A stretch of DNA of 64,000 nucleotides from Marsupella aquatica (Eukaryota; Plantae; Marchantiophyta). The stretch lies in the NCBI GenBank assembly GCA_973895155.1, contig OZ316898.1, forward strand, positions 9,163,079 to 9,227,078. Reading direction: 5' to 3'. A program made the position numbers and the translations under genes. Under the pieces are notes generated by a model. The model did no database searches and was not told where the DNA came from. It saw only the letters and a program-made list of their open reading frames with translations. Shown here piece after piece: positions 47,256 through 62,133 of this stretch. Position 1 is the stretch's first letter; each line of letters begins with the position of its first letter.

Positions 47256-47965
47256 TACGAGTACATTCATATTATCCAATTTCTATAGAAGTCAGCATAG
47301 TTTCCATTACGGTCGGATCCTTGTGTTTTGAGAAATGCAAATAGAAACTTATTGCTCCTTTGGGTCGATGACATCATAGTTGTAGCTCAAACTTTACAGT
47401 AGCTAAGATGTCTAAATGAAAAAAAATTGTTAATTTCTCAATCTGAGTTAAGAGACATGGAAGATCTCACTGACAATGGAGCAGCGCTATGACTAAGAAT
47501 AAAGCAGAAAGATCACTTAGCCTAAGTCAGGCATGCAGCATCTGCCAAAAATCTCTTAGTACCCTCCCTGTACCAGCATGGATGCACAAAGTGGAAAACA
47601 CAATCTGTTTTAAAATTAATCTCTTATTACAACCAACTCTCATGCCTGCTCAAAGTGCCGTAAATCTACCTGTACGAAGAAGAATCGTTGCTAGCCAGTT
47701 TCTCTTATTCGAGATAGGCCAGATCACAGGAATACAAAGTGAGGATGGAATCCACAATAACGAAGACGCTAGGGTGGCCATAGCTCTCATACCCATGTCT
47801 TCTATTGACTATCAGGCTAGTGTCGTCCTGACATTTGCTTCACCGAGAGTACTAGTGAATCCTAGCTTAACATTGATGTTTCTGCGAAGAAATAAAGTGG
47901 AAATGTTTGTATAATGACGCGACGCTAGAATGTAAGTCAGATAGCAACATTCCAAGCGTTGGGAT

Positions 47966-48155
47966 ACTCAATCATCCAACTGCATGCGTTTTAATTTAAG
48001 ACTTCAATCAGCTCCAAAGTATCTCGTGCTAGTTGCCTCTTTGGCGACATTCACTCGCACACTCAATCATCCAACTGCATGCGTTTTAATTTAAGACTTC
48101 AATCAGCTCCAAAGTATCTCGTGCTAGTTGCCTCTTTGGCGACATTCACTCGCAC
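47966..48155 (+). repeat. Perfect 95-bp tandem duplication
   Basis: ACTCAATCATCC...ACTCGCAC at 47966 and 48061. Confidence 0.9.
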
Positions 48156-48399
48156 GGCGCATATAACTAGTAAAATTCATGGTGTAAATTCCATTCCAGT
48201 TTTGTTGGTTTGCCCCTTCTGCCCAGTTGAGTTCTTGTGGCATCCTGTATTTCCATCGCTCGCTCCTGCTGGGTTTCCATGGACATTATATTCATCCGTT
48301 AAGGTTCTTCTCGTAAGGACGAAAAGAAATGAAACGAGCCATAGCAAAGGACACAAGATATTATAAGCCGCCTCTATCGAGTAACTCTTTTAATTGAAT

Positions 48400-48690
48400 T
48401 GAGCAAAATCGAGTGTCTACGGAAATAGATTCTAGCATTGTTTCTCATGATTAAGCTGCTCCTGAAGAATAGTCAACTAAAGAATTGCAGAGGGGCACGA
48501 AACGGAGTCAGGAGGTAGAGCAAAATCGAGTGTCTACAGAAATAGATTCTAGCATTGTTTCTCATGATTAAGCTGCTCCTGAAGAATGGTCAACTATAGA
48601 TTCTAGCATTGTTTCTCATGATTAAGCTGCTCCTGAAGAATGGTCAACTAAAGAATTGCAGAGGGGCACGAAACGAAATCAGGAGGTCAA
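48400..48690 (+). repeat. Local tandem and partial duplications
   Basis: ATAGATTCTAGCATTGTTTCTCATGATTAAGCTGCTCCTGAAGAAT occurs three times. Confidence 0.85.
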
Positions 48691-51095
48691 TATACGTAGG
48701 GAAATGAATTGCGTAGATTTTAGGCAGGTAGGTGCCTTCAACTGTATTCCTTGGACTAGAAACGTGACATCTTGATCGTAGTTCGGGCTATAAAATAAGT
48801 GTAGCTATTTTATAGAATATTAGTGGATGAATTCGGAATCCTGCCAAAGATTCAGGCATTTTGTGGAAATATAGACATTGTCGTCGAAACGTCTAGGCAT
48901 GAGCATGAGTTGCTCTGTCAAAATACCAGCGGTGACTGCACTCCACAAAATTTAGTAGAAATGCTTAAATACATGAATTGCTCTCTCAGAATACTACTGG
49001 TGACACTCCACGAGGTCACATGTGTAGGCATGAAAGAAAGATGTATCGTCCAAGAGAAACAACAGAATTCCAGAACCTCACATTGCACCTGTTCGATGAA
49101 GGGTTGGCCCCTATCACAACAGTGATTTCAGAAAGACACCTGCAAAAGTGGAATACACAAGGGATCCTTTGCTACCAGCCGCTACATTAACTCGGCTATC
49201 CATCCGAAGGAAATAACACTTGTCTGGATATGCGCAAAATACATACAACTGCATCATTCAATCACACATTGGGATCAGGATATATCGATGTGCACTTCGA
49301 CTCTGACGCCAAGCGTCAGTTCTGGATGGGCAAAAGTTGCGTGGAATCGCCTGTGCAGACGAGACTCCTATGCACAATCTAATAGACAGCTAAATGTGTG
49401 GACTCTGCTCCATTGGTTCTTTTGCTGGAGGGGTAAACGCTGACTGGAAAAGGACTGTGCAGACAAGATTCCTGTGCTCGATCTAACAGACAGCTGTAAA
49501 TATGTGGAGTGATATTTTGCTCCATTACTTTCTACAGAACAAGCTCTCCTCTCCCCGCATCAATATAAAGGACGTTCTAATCTCCATTACAGATGACCAA
49601 TGGGACGTACGTCACGTTCTCCTTGCAAAGTTGGTGATATGGCAAGTTGAACAACCGTATGAGTAAGTGTTGAGTTAGCAATAGACGATTGCCAGATACA
49701 GCCAAGCTTTGCGCAATTTGACGGACAACAAAATAAAGTACTACTGGATCCTCTCGTTACCCTTGTTGATCCAGCTAGAAACACAAAATATCCGTTCAAA
49801 AGACTGCCGGGAAAGGACTTAATGCTTCTGAAGTTCCAAACCCAAGGAGAAAATGAGAAACTTATGAAAATATTTAGTCCTGGCTGACAGAACGAATGAA
49901 TAAACACGTTCCAAACCTAAGAAACGACGGATGAAGAAAAGGGATTCTCAAGTCCACAGGACAAGGCGAAGGAGTCAACTAGTTTGCAGACCGAGGAGCC
50001 AATGGCCGAATCAACAAACATATTGTTGACTCAAAGGAGAACAAATGATTGAAGACATTTTCAGGCAAACCTTTGCGATAAACGAAGTCATGAAGTCGTT
50101 TACCACAATCATAAGCCATTCAATATGTCTAAGATAGACAAACGCATTGATCAAAGTGGCAAGTCTTAGATGTCCTCTGTGACTAGGAAGTGAATTATAA
50201 TATTTTCAGATCTGAGTTTCCTCACAACGTTTGTATGGAACTGAAAGTTTAAGCAGATAAGAGGTTCAAGAATTAATCCTCTCATGTTTCATTGCTGTCA
50301 TCTAGAGACAGCTAACTACAAGTCCTACGCATCACCGGATCACTCCTGGCGTCAAAAACTGGACGTGACAAAATCTCCCAAATCTCCAGCTCTGTTAGTC
50401 AAATTTTCCATTCCCTCAGCTTTCTTCCTTCACATTCAGGTAGCTCAATTGTTCTCGATTCAACCACACAAGCAGACTCAAAATAACGATATTGCAGCAA
50501 ACATGGTTCCAAGATATTTATCATTGATTGTATGAAACAAGGAGTTCAGCATTCAACATGATAGCTTACCATTTCTAGCCGAATTTGTCGAACATTCAAC
50601 AACAAAAGTAGGAGAAAGATCCAAGAACAGCCACAGCGCGCATGACTGGACTTCTACTGCCCCGGAAGAAAAAAGGGGTGCGTGCATCAATTGCTGCTCC
50701 GAATAGACTGCCAGTAGCAACCATAGCTTAAACCCAAATTCTATTGGAGTTGGAAAACAAGTTCTGAGCAACGAAGCAACTACAGCCCACGAACATTCTG
50801 GTAAATCAAGCGAGTAAATTAACCCTGTGGTTTCCTAGCTCCTACTCTTGCTATCCTGTCCTCAGATGGAATCTTAAATCTCCATCGCCGAATCTGTAGT
50901 GCTCCCGTCCAACTCCTTTCGCTCAGCTCTTTTCAGCTATGGAAGGATTTGACAAACTCCAGAGTCCAAATTCTGGAGCACTTGTGGTATTCCCTTGTGG
51001 CCTTCCTACCGCAAAGATGACACCATTACACCACACAGCTGATACAGGGCACCCAGAAAATTTTGATTCTTAGAGAACTAACTAACAGAACCCCT

Positions 51096-52796
<1,701 letters not shown>

Positions 52797-52822
52797 TCAA
52801 TCAATCAATCAATCAATCAATC
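52797..52822. repeat. (TCAA)n microsatellite
   Basis: About 6 copies just upstream of the TS start codon. Confidence 0.9.
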
Positions 52823-52852
52823 CACTCTGCTGCTCGACCGATCCAATGCTTT

Positions 52853-52990
52853 CTAGGGATAACAGGCTGATCTTCCCCAAGAGCTCACACATTGACGGGA
52901 AGGATTGGAACCTCGATGTCGGCTCTTCGCGACGTGGGACGGTACACTACGTTCCAAGGGTTAAGGCGGTGCGTGAGCTGGGTTCAGAAC
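52853..52990 (+). pseudogene. Degenerate plastid-type 23S rRNA domain V fragment (NUPT)
   Basis: CTAGGGATAACAGGCTGATCTTCCCCAAGAG...CCTCGATGTCGGCTCTTCGC...GTTCCAAGGGTT...GTGAGCTGGGTTCAGAAC matches the peptidyl-transferase region as I recall it, with substitutions and an internal deletion. Confidence 0.88.
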
Positions 52991-53089
52991 AAGGCTTTTC
53001 GTTAATCAGGGTCAGGGACAAGTAGAGCCATTGTGGCGACTGCCAATTGGCTTGCCAGAGAAGAGGTGGCGACCTCCTGGACCCATGCC

Positions 53090-53480
53090 TCACGAGGGGG
53101 TGGGTACCTCTAGCCCTCCTAAGGTATGCCAATTGGCTTATTTTATAAGAAGAGGTGGCAACCTCATGGATCCATGCCCCAGTCAAGAGGATGGTTATCT
53201 GGGCTCGCCCAAGGTATGCTGCTTGGCTTGCCAACAAAGAGGTGGTGACCTTATGGATCCATGCCCCAGTCAAGAGGATGGTTATCTGCGCCCGCCCAAG
53301 GTATGTCGATTGGCTTGCCGACAAAGAGGTGGTGAACTCATGGATCCATTCCCCCACTTAGGAGGGATGGCTTGCTTGATAAGAAGAGGTGATGACCTCA
53401 TGGATCCATGGCTTGGTGAGGGTGGCTATCTCTTGCCCGCCCCAGGTATGCGAAGTGGCTTGCTTAATAAGAAGAGGTGA
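53090..53480 (+). repeat. About 4 degenerate ~90-bp tandem units
   Basis: AAGGTATG...TGGCTT...AAGAGGTG...TGGATCCAT recurring. Confidence 0.8.
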
Positions 53481-56400
53481 CAATTAAAACTCTTAAATAC
53501 ATTTTAGTGAAAAAAGTGACAAAGCAATGTATGTTAATGCAAAACCAGGGAATGAAAGTAATGGTTCTAAGGAATGCTGACGATGGAAACATATTAAAGT
53601 GTACATGTACTTTGTAGAGAGTTCATAGAGAGACCAGACATAGGACAATTGTGTGCACCTCACTGGGAATATGTACCAGGGAAAAAACTCTGATTATAAT
53701 GAACAATTCTATCATTGTATGCAGACTTACAGTGGAGCCCAATTGCTAAGGACTCATGTGTGGGATGGGAGGAATCTGGTTCAAATCCTCACATTTACAT
53801 GGCAGGCAATTTTAGTCCTTTGGTAAAGGAGTTGCTGCAAAAAAAATGGGGGTGAGTGCAAGACTTTTGCCCTATTGTTGGGTCAGACCAATGAGTGCCC
53901 CAATGCTCCTTCCTTGCTAGCCCTGGCCCCTGCCCTGGCCAGATAAAACTCACCCCACCCTCAGTTGAAAGAAATTAAATACAACACCCCCCCCCCCCCC
54001 CCCAACCATCTAAATAACAGCAAGATGGAAGGGCCAAGGTGAACAGACAATAACCAACCCTAACACCCTATCTTTATAGGATGAACCAATTTCAGGCCAT
54101 TAAAATAAAACCTACCCCTAAGAAAACACAAACGCCTCACCATCTAAAAAAGAAAATGAAGTTTGGGTTACTTTTGCTGGGAGTTTGGCCGCTTCTTCTT
54201 TTAAAAGAATTAGAAGAGGAAATAAAAAACAAATTGACAAAACATTGGGGAAGCCTTGGAACATGAAGGTATTATGAGCGAGGCTACCCTAGGCACAGGC
54301 AGCCTAAGTGCATGATTTTAGGGATTATGGGCCAGACTAGGCACAGGTTACAAGGAAGGGTAGCCTGGGCACTGGCTGACACAGAGCACAGTGATCTAGG
54401 CCACGAGCACTGTGAGAATCAAACAAAGGTCACTTTTGGGTGATCCAAAGGTAAGAGAAAAATGTACTTTAGATCCAACGGCTGAGATTGATTCCCTCCC
54501 AAATCTGCTTTTGTAAGCGGACGATGCCCACAAAGGGCCCGATTGACTATTATAGAGTTACGAAGATATACTTAGTTCCAATTAGCTTCGCAAATAAAAC
54601 AAATAATTCAAAATTTCTGGTGCCCAAGGGCACCAATTCGACATTTCAGATGCGCAGGAAAAATGTGCAGGCCGTTGGGGGGACTTGGGAAGAAACTTAA
54701 ATCCTGAGAGCCAGGAAAAACCCCTATCGACAAGCTAAGGAACATGTTAGCGGTCCAACCATGTACTGTATGTACTAACGCACTTTTACCCGAAGGCTTT
54801 TGCAGAAGAGGCCCTATTCCCACAAAATGCTTCAGACATTCCATCTTTCCCCTCTCAAGGGCAACAAGTTGCTCTTTTACGCAAGTGGCCATCGTGAGCT
54901 GATGCGATTAAAACAATCTCGTCCTTCTTGACGTCAGAACTGAGGTAGCATATGGTTACAGACAGTTCGAGCACAGTGAAAGCCATCCTGAGTAGTGATG
55001 CCATTCTCTCTTTTCTCGTCAATAAAGCCATGTGAGTGAAGCAAATCTACCTCTGCTCACAGGAACACACACTTTTCAAGTTCAACTACTAACTGATTAT
55101 CTGTTCCATCTATCAGTACACATCCCTCATCACATTGAGTATCGTCCTCCTGTACTACCTCCACCCTGTAAGGGCCTGCAAGACATTCAACTTGGTCACG
55201 CATACTTAGGACCAACACAAAATCAAACCCAGGTTGCAGCCTAGCACTCCAAACTTTTCATTTTGGATTTGGTTCGCACCTTGTTCTGTGATGGTCGGGA
55301 AAGTCACAAGCCTAGGTCACACTTCTCTCCACTACTCTATCTCTCATCCCACCACGAAGCCCTGAAATTTTGAAGAAATTGTCACTCCAAGTAATTAACT
55401 GATAGACATATTCATGGGCATATTCAAACGACGATGACGAATCTCACAACTCAACGACTATTGATTTGCAAGGCAAACAATGTAAGCCTTTCCTGTAAGA
55501 AGAGCATTTCCATGCACAATCATCTAGTGTAAAAAGACAACAAGATGTTCCAGAATTGTGCATTGCTCTCCAAGAGATACCTAGTACCTCAAAGAATTTG
55601 AAAGGACCTTAAGGAATGTTCTGAGGCAAGTCCAGCGGCAAAGGAGAATGTTTAACTATAACATATTGAACTCTCCTTACAGACCGATGCCCATCCTCCG
55701 GCCAATAAACCTGGATATCACAGCAATCTGTACCAGACCATAGTAGCAGGACAGCCATGGAAGCTGACAGCAAAATGGAGCTAAGTGGTTCAAGAAACCA
55801 CAGCAGGCACATACAATGCTGCATCCCCATGGAATCTCGTATTTGCTTACTCTCTAATGCACTCACAATCCATGACAGACTCTTCCTGGGTATGTGCACC
55901 AACATTCTGAGAAATAGGTTGATGATTAACTTACCTCGTATCCTTTCAAAAAGATTGTCTTTCCTCTCTGCACTCTCCCTTACACACTCCTTTGCACAGT
56001 CAGTCAATTATTGGATTCCAAATTGCTCAACAAGTAATGTAATTGTTTTGTCCATCCACTCGCTCTACGGAATTCAAGACGCCTACAATACCCTACACCA
56101 AAACCAAATTTTCCTCATCCCCCAACGATGGACGGCTATTTATTGAACACTCACATTAGAGGCTCAGACTTCAGCCTTGTCACGACATGTCTCTTTCGAA
56201 GTCCTGTGCTAATTGTACATTGGGAACAGAATTAATTTTATACGTTCAATCCACAGCATGACATTTTAAGCTTCTTACAAGTGTAGGGGTAAGAAATAAT
56301 TTGTTTTCTGAAGTACCTCCAGAAACGCATTGGTGCGGTCATGTGATGTCATCCAGCTTTCCCCTGGAGCTACTTTTTCTTTGGTGAATAATTGAGGGTT

Positions 56401-56964
56401 ACCAGGTTCGAAGCCCTCTCCCTGGTTGCTGACGTATTGTGTTCAGGCTTAGTTTCGCACCTGTTATTAAACATAAATGAAAATATAGAATAGAAATAGA
56501 AATAGCAAAATATGGCTGAATAATGTTTTGCCAATCATAAATGATGAAGCTTTACACAAAGCCCAAGAACATCATTTCCTGTTTGTCAGATTGTTAATGT
56601 ATGAAGCTTTTGACCAAGCTGATTGGGGTGGATTTCACAAAATGTTTGCTACAACCACCAATCACTAGGGGAAACGGTAATCGATTTGCCCACCCTTCAT
56701 TGCAGCAAAGAGAATTTCTACCGTCAAACTCATAGATCACTACTCTTTGTGGCCTTGGAAGTGATTCTCAGTTGATTTGTTCCGTTTGGATAGTTAATGG
56801 GTCCTTGTGTAGGACAACTTTTTTCTGGCAGTTCTTGCAAGGCATCCACGTTGCATTTTTGGCATCAAACACAAAGAAAACTGTTTAGGCACGGTAGAAA
56901 AAGAACATACTGCTTACATCATCTCATACGTTTAAACCAGTTTAAAAGTTTAATCCTTGGTCTT

Positions 56965-57567
56965 TGTCGTGCGCATACACATCGCTACACAACATATATC
57001 GCTTATCACATACATCCAAACATAGTCACACTGCCACATCACAAACACAAGAGAATGGAATACAAGTGGAACTCATGTCCACACATGTCCAAAACCCACA
57101 ATAATCTCCATCCAATCGGCACAACGATCCCGATCAACAATACCCCATCGATCCCTCACCGATCCGATCACACACGTATGTCAAGCCAACGCACCTTGCA
57201 CTACTCAAGGAATCCACGTTACACAAGCGGAGCTCACAGCCACCATAGCCACTCAAGCTCCTCTCTCTCCAAGGCTCAACATTGAAAGATGACCTTTCAA
57301 TGCCTCACAAGTGAGAAGTACCCTCTCACACAAACCTGACGGAACCTTATCGGCTCATATAGCACACATACCAAACATACAGATCTAGATAGTACGATAC
57401 ACTCTAACACTACCTAGAATGGTGTGACAGTTGTCGTGCGCATACACATCGCTACACAACATACATCGCTTGTCACATACATCCAAACATAGTCACACTG
57501 CCACATCACAAACACAAAATAATGGAATACAAGTGGAACTCATGTCCACACATGTCCAAAACCCACA
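56965..57567 (-). repeat. 3' LTR (TG...CA) with ~136-bp direct repeats at both ends
   Basis: Starts TGTGGG at 57567 after the PPT and ends CGACA at 56965. Blocks 56965-57101 and 57432-57568 are near identical. Confidence 0.8.
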
Positions 57568-57751
57568 ATCGCCCCCCTAGCTGGGAGTAAGGTCCCCTAA
57601 CTCTAGCTAGCCATGAGTTCTACAAGGTTGATATACACCTTTTTAGGTGTGAAGATCAGGAGGCCGGGTGCAAGTGAGCCCCATCGATCACCTACCTGCA
57701 ATCCATATCTGCCAAGAGAACACAAATGATAACTAGTCGGCCTAGTCGGCT

Positions 57752-59090
57752 TCACCGACACTGAGGACACAACCATGATCCACTAGGAATCACCTGCAAT
57801 GGTGGTGTCAAACATGACATGTGCCACCCTCTAGAACACTTATCACAAATCAACATAGTAGCTGCTCCCTGAGCAGATCCACACAACATACATTTCAAGC
57901 CAGCACGAACATGTGCCAAGCTTGGATCTACTGTACCATCAATGTTGGGAAGGTGACATGGTGCACAGTTGCGCACATGATGCTTCCAAACCATACCATC
58001 GTGTCCCTCCAACATCAGGACACCAGAAGGCAACACTTCACGCACACGTAAGATTGTCCGGCCTGCGGTCACATCAAGTGTTGTGGGTGTTATCTGTTGC
58101 AAATAAACATAATCACCAGGATGAAATCGTTGAATGCTTGCACGGTAACCTCCTCCACGAATAGTGGCATACCTCAAAGTATCACGATGTTGGGCAATGG
58201 CAAGGTTGTCAAAAGCCATGGGCATCACTCTCTGAAATACCCGTGCTTTCTCTGAACACACCTTGACCCAAACATCAGGATCATCCAAGTTCACAACTGG
58301 TGCAGCATCACGACGAATAGCTGTTGGCAAATCTGGCTCTCTACCATAGAGCAAAAAGTAAGGTGAGAAGGATGCAAGTGATGCTTGCCGACTGAAACGG
58401 TAGCCCATAGCTAACCAAGGTAGCTAGAGATCCCAATCTCCCAGATGACCAACCTGCAAGCCATACTTACGCAATCCTCTCTTCACAGTTTGCACATTCA
58501 ACTCTCTCAGCTAATCCATCTACCTCAGGATGATCACGAGAGGTAGTACGATGATCAATCAAAGCTTGTTCACACAAACTCTCAAACTCTCCACGGAACT
58601 TAGTTCCCTGATCAGTCAACACCTCAGCTGGTGCTCCAAAATGACTGAGTACGCAATCCAAAAATGTAGCAGCAACTCCTCCACTAGCTTTATCTGGCAA
58701 CGCCACTAGCTTTATCTGGCAACGCCACTAGCTCAATCCACTTGGAGAAGTGCTCCACCATAACCAAAACATATCGATTATGGCGTTGGGTAAGAGGTAA
58801 TGGACCAGCAAAATCCAAACTCCAACGATATCCCAAACCCATGATCGGTAACAGGTGCAACTGGGGAGTGGGAGCATTGAATGATGCTCTCACTCTATCG
58901 CATACCACTGTACACTTAGCTATCAACTACTGGACATGAGTGTGCATACCACGCCACCAATACTGTGTCTGCAGCAAGCTATAAGTGCGCTTCACACCAA
59001 AGTGACCCAACTCCTCGTGTGCATGTCGCACCAAATGTACTCGTTATGATGGTTTTGGTACCACCAACACCCTACCATCATGCAGTACTC
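57752..59090 (-). pseudogene. Integrase (HHCC, DDE) with C-terminal PHD finger
   Basis: HEELGHFG..RT...YWW, WSLDFAGP, VLTDQG, GLAER, FSPYFLLYGR. Terminal CMLC...LICDKCSRGWHMSCLTPPL...PSGSWLCPQC (C4HC3). 22-bp duplication frameshift at 58681-58724. Confidence 0.9.
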
Positions 59091-59399
59091 TCAAAAGATG
59101 GTTTCCCTCCCATCGAAACCTCTTGGCTCTTTGTAGAACCCTGTCACGTTCTTTGGCATCAACACTGCCAACAATAGAACCACTGCGCAGATATTCCAAC
59201 ATCTCACATCATTGTGAATATCTTGCTGTCCAAAAGTTACCTCACCAACATCCATATCTGAAGACTCATCATCCACTCCATCCAATGAGGTAGAGTCCAC
59301 AGATCCACTGTATGCTGGCACCCAACAAAGAAAGGCAGATGCATGCCATCCTGGCACCATCTCCTTATCTGATTCATCATGCCATCTGGCTCCAGTCTC

Positions 59400-60860
59400 A
59401 TCTTGCTGACTGGTACATGAATTGCGGCTTAATCCATCTGCATCCAAGTTCACTTTTCCAGGCCTATGCACCACCTGGAATCATACTCCTGTAATAACAA
59501 TGCCCATCGTGCAAGCTTCCCTGTAAGCTTGTCAGACTCCATTAACCACTTAAGAGGCTGATGATCAGTGATCAAGGTGAAGGGGTTACCAAACAAGTAG
59601 CAACGAAAGTGTGCAATAACCCACACTACTGCCAAATACTCTCCCTCATAAGAGCTATACTTAGCCTCTGTTGAATTGTTTGATCTACTGGCATAAGCCA
59701 TAACAAACTCATTCCCCTCATCATCCTTCTAAGTCAGCACTACTCCAAGTCCTATTCCACTCCAATCAGTGTGTAGCTGAAATGGTCTGCCTGAAATGGG
59801 TATTCTCAAAATAGGGGATGATGCCAACCTTTGCTTCAACTCCCAAAAGGCATGCTCCTGGTCATCACCCCAAATCCATTCCTGATCCAACTTAGTGAGT
59901 ATGGTCAAAGGTTTAGCAAGCTGGCTAAATCCTTTAACATACCTCCTATAGTAGCTCGCCAATCCCAAGAATGCACGAACTCTACTCACATCAGTAGGAC
60001 AAGGAATCTGTGTAATGGCCTCCACTTTAGTCTGTTGTACACCCATTCCCCCTAGGTATATAGTGTGGCCCAAATACTCAATCTGGTCTTGGAAGAACTT
60101 ACACTTGCTAGGATGGAGCTTCAACCCATGTGCTCTCAATCTCTCTAACACAGTCTGCAAGTGCTGTTGATGTTCTTCCACAGTAGAAGAATAGTCCAAA
60201 ATATCATCAATATAACATCTAACAAAATCCAAACCTGCAAGGATTCAATCCATGACTCTCTGGAACTCAGCTGGTGCATTCTTCAAACCAAATGGTAAGA
60301 ATAAACCACTGATACAAACAATCTTTGCCATAAGAATCAATCCCCCAGAATGTTGTCCTGGACCTGTCAGCATGCCTAATTGGAAGCTGATGGTACCCTG
60401 CCCTCAGATCCAATGAACTGAAAACCTTTGTATGCCCCACAGCATCAAAGATCTCCTCAAGTGTGGGCATGGCATATCTATCAGATTTTGTCTGGCGATT
60501 AATGGGTCTGTAATCACCACACATGCGCCTATCTTTGTAATTTCCATGCACATCCTTCTTGGCTAGCATCACTGTGGTAGATGCATACTCCCCATATGAA
60601 ATCTCCACCAATCCAGCCTCCAACAAATCTTGAGTTCTGCTTTGAATTAGAGCTCTCTTCATGTCACTATAATGGTATGGCCTACGAAAGATTGGCGCAT
60701 CACTAGCCAATTCAATCTGAATACCAGGACCCTTTAATGTCCTCAAATCTTTCATGCTAAATGCAAAACAATTCCAGTAACTCTTCAAGAATTGATGCAT
60801 GCGACGTCTCTCCTCCCCTGTCAACTTAGGGCCAAGCTGTGGTTCCCAACTCTCCACCAA
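59400..60860 (-). pseudogene. Reverse transcriptase and RNase H
   Basis: RMCGDYRPIN, FSSLDLRAGYHQ, YIDD, KCKFF....YLGH, FLGLASYYRR, LHTDWS, AYASR, YEGE, TDHQPL; several stops and frameshifts. Confidence 0.95.
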
Positions 60861-61089
60861 ATCCCTAATATCTCTTTGTAGGGTAGAAGAGATAGCCGAT
60901 GATTGCTATTTAGCAGTAGATTGAGCAGTCCCTTCCTGCTCAACAATCTGTCCAGCCTTGGCCAATCCTGCCATAGGTCCATGGACTGTCTGCTCGCCCC
61001 TAGCCGTGGTCAGTACTGTCTCAGTGGATCGCAAGCTCACCAAGGGACAATCAGTAATTCTAGCAGAGCGCATCCGCAACTGTTCAGCT

Positions 61090-62070
61090 TACTCCCAAGC
61101 TGATAATCCAAGTCAAACAATTCAGGTCCATTGCTTGACCAAGAACCTAGCGCCGCAAACTCTCTGACACAGAGGCAACTGCAGTGGTGCCAGTCAAAAA
61201 TCCCATAGCACGCTCTCTCTCATCAGCAGTAGGTTCCACTAACTGCTGGAGAGCTATGTCCCACACAAGTCCAAGGCCACCTGCTCTGAATGCATATGAA
61301 GCAGAGTGGCTTACAAGAGTGGGTAATGCACAACGTGGGCACCCAACTACATTGACCATTGTCAATGGAGGTCTATCAGGTTGGGTCACACCCTGTGCAC
61401 GACGCCCTGGATCCAAAATATCATCCACCACTAAGGCTGGTGAGCGTGGAATGCTGTCAAATGCGCGCTTCAGCACCTCACATGGGATCAAATTAGTCCA
61501 CCACAAGCGTGGATGATGTACACGAGAACCCACACGTGCAGCATCCAATAACACAGTAGGTCCAATCCAAGACCTCACCTGGTGAACACTGGCAATAATT
61601 CGACTACGATCATCACCTAACAATGGCACATTCTCCAAAATGTATGCTGGAGACTGTGTCTGATGTAGTTGGAGATGACGCAGCACCCGTAATATCTCCC
61701 AAAACAATGCAGAGCATGGATCATGAAGTCCATGCCCAATGCCAACTCTAGATTGGCCCTGACATGGCCAACCAGCAATCACCAAATCAATGGGGCCAAC
61801 ATGATGCAGATGATCTGCCCCCAGCAATGAAATATCAGCAAGTAGTGCATGTTGATAACCACAAACAGCATCCACTGGCAACAACTATGGATATCTATCC
61901 ACCAACATAGCCACATGTCACAATGAGAACCTCCGTGCTGTCTCATCTGACTCCATATACAAATAACGACGCACATGAATTCCTGCCTGAAGAACAGTAG
62001 CCAATCCAGTGCTAATCCCACCAAAAAGATCCAACAAACAAATACCCTCCGGTGGATACTGCCAAGCAAT
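61090..62070 (-). pseudogene. C5 DNA cytosine methyltransferase domain within the retrotransposon pol
   Basis: Motif I LLDLFGGISTG, II YLYME, IV DLVIAGWPCQG, VI YILENV, VIII HPRLWWTN, IX ERERAMGF..G.T, X LGQAM. Single frame with three premature stops (61918, 61888, 61147). Confidence 0.92.
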
Positions 62071-62133
62071 AGGAGTGGTATCCAATGGTGAAAGAGTCAC
62101 AGGTCCATCTGCAAGAGGCTGCTCTGCTCCTGA

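Noticed and set aside
47489-50800. Short ORFs between the OMT and TS genes
   Set aside because: No recognisable motifs or consistent exon chain.
52853-52990. Functional 23S rRNA gene
   Set aside because: Only about 140 bp, with substitutions and a deletion in conserved positions and no operon context.
52947-53480. ORFs with repeated peptides upstream of TS
   Set aside because: They arise on both strands from a ~90-bp DNA tandem repeat.
54000-56900. Possible minus-strand exons of a host gene
   Set aside because: Some splice-like signals are present, but the tested frames hit stops and no protein family was recognisable.
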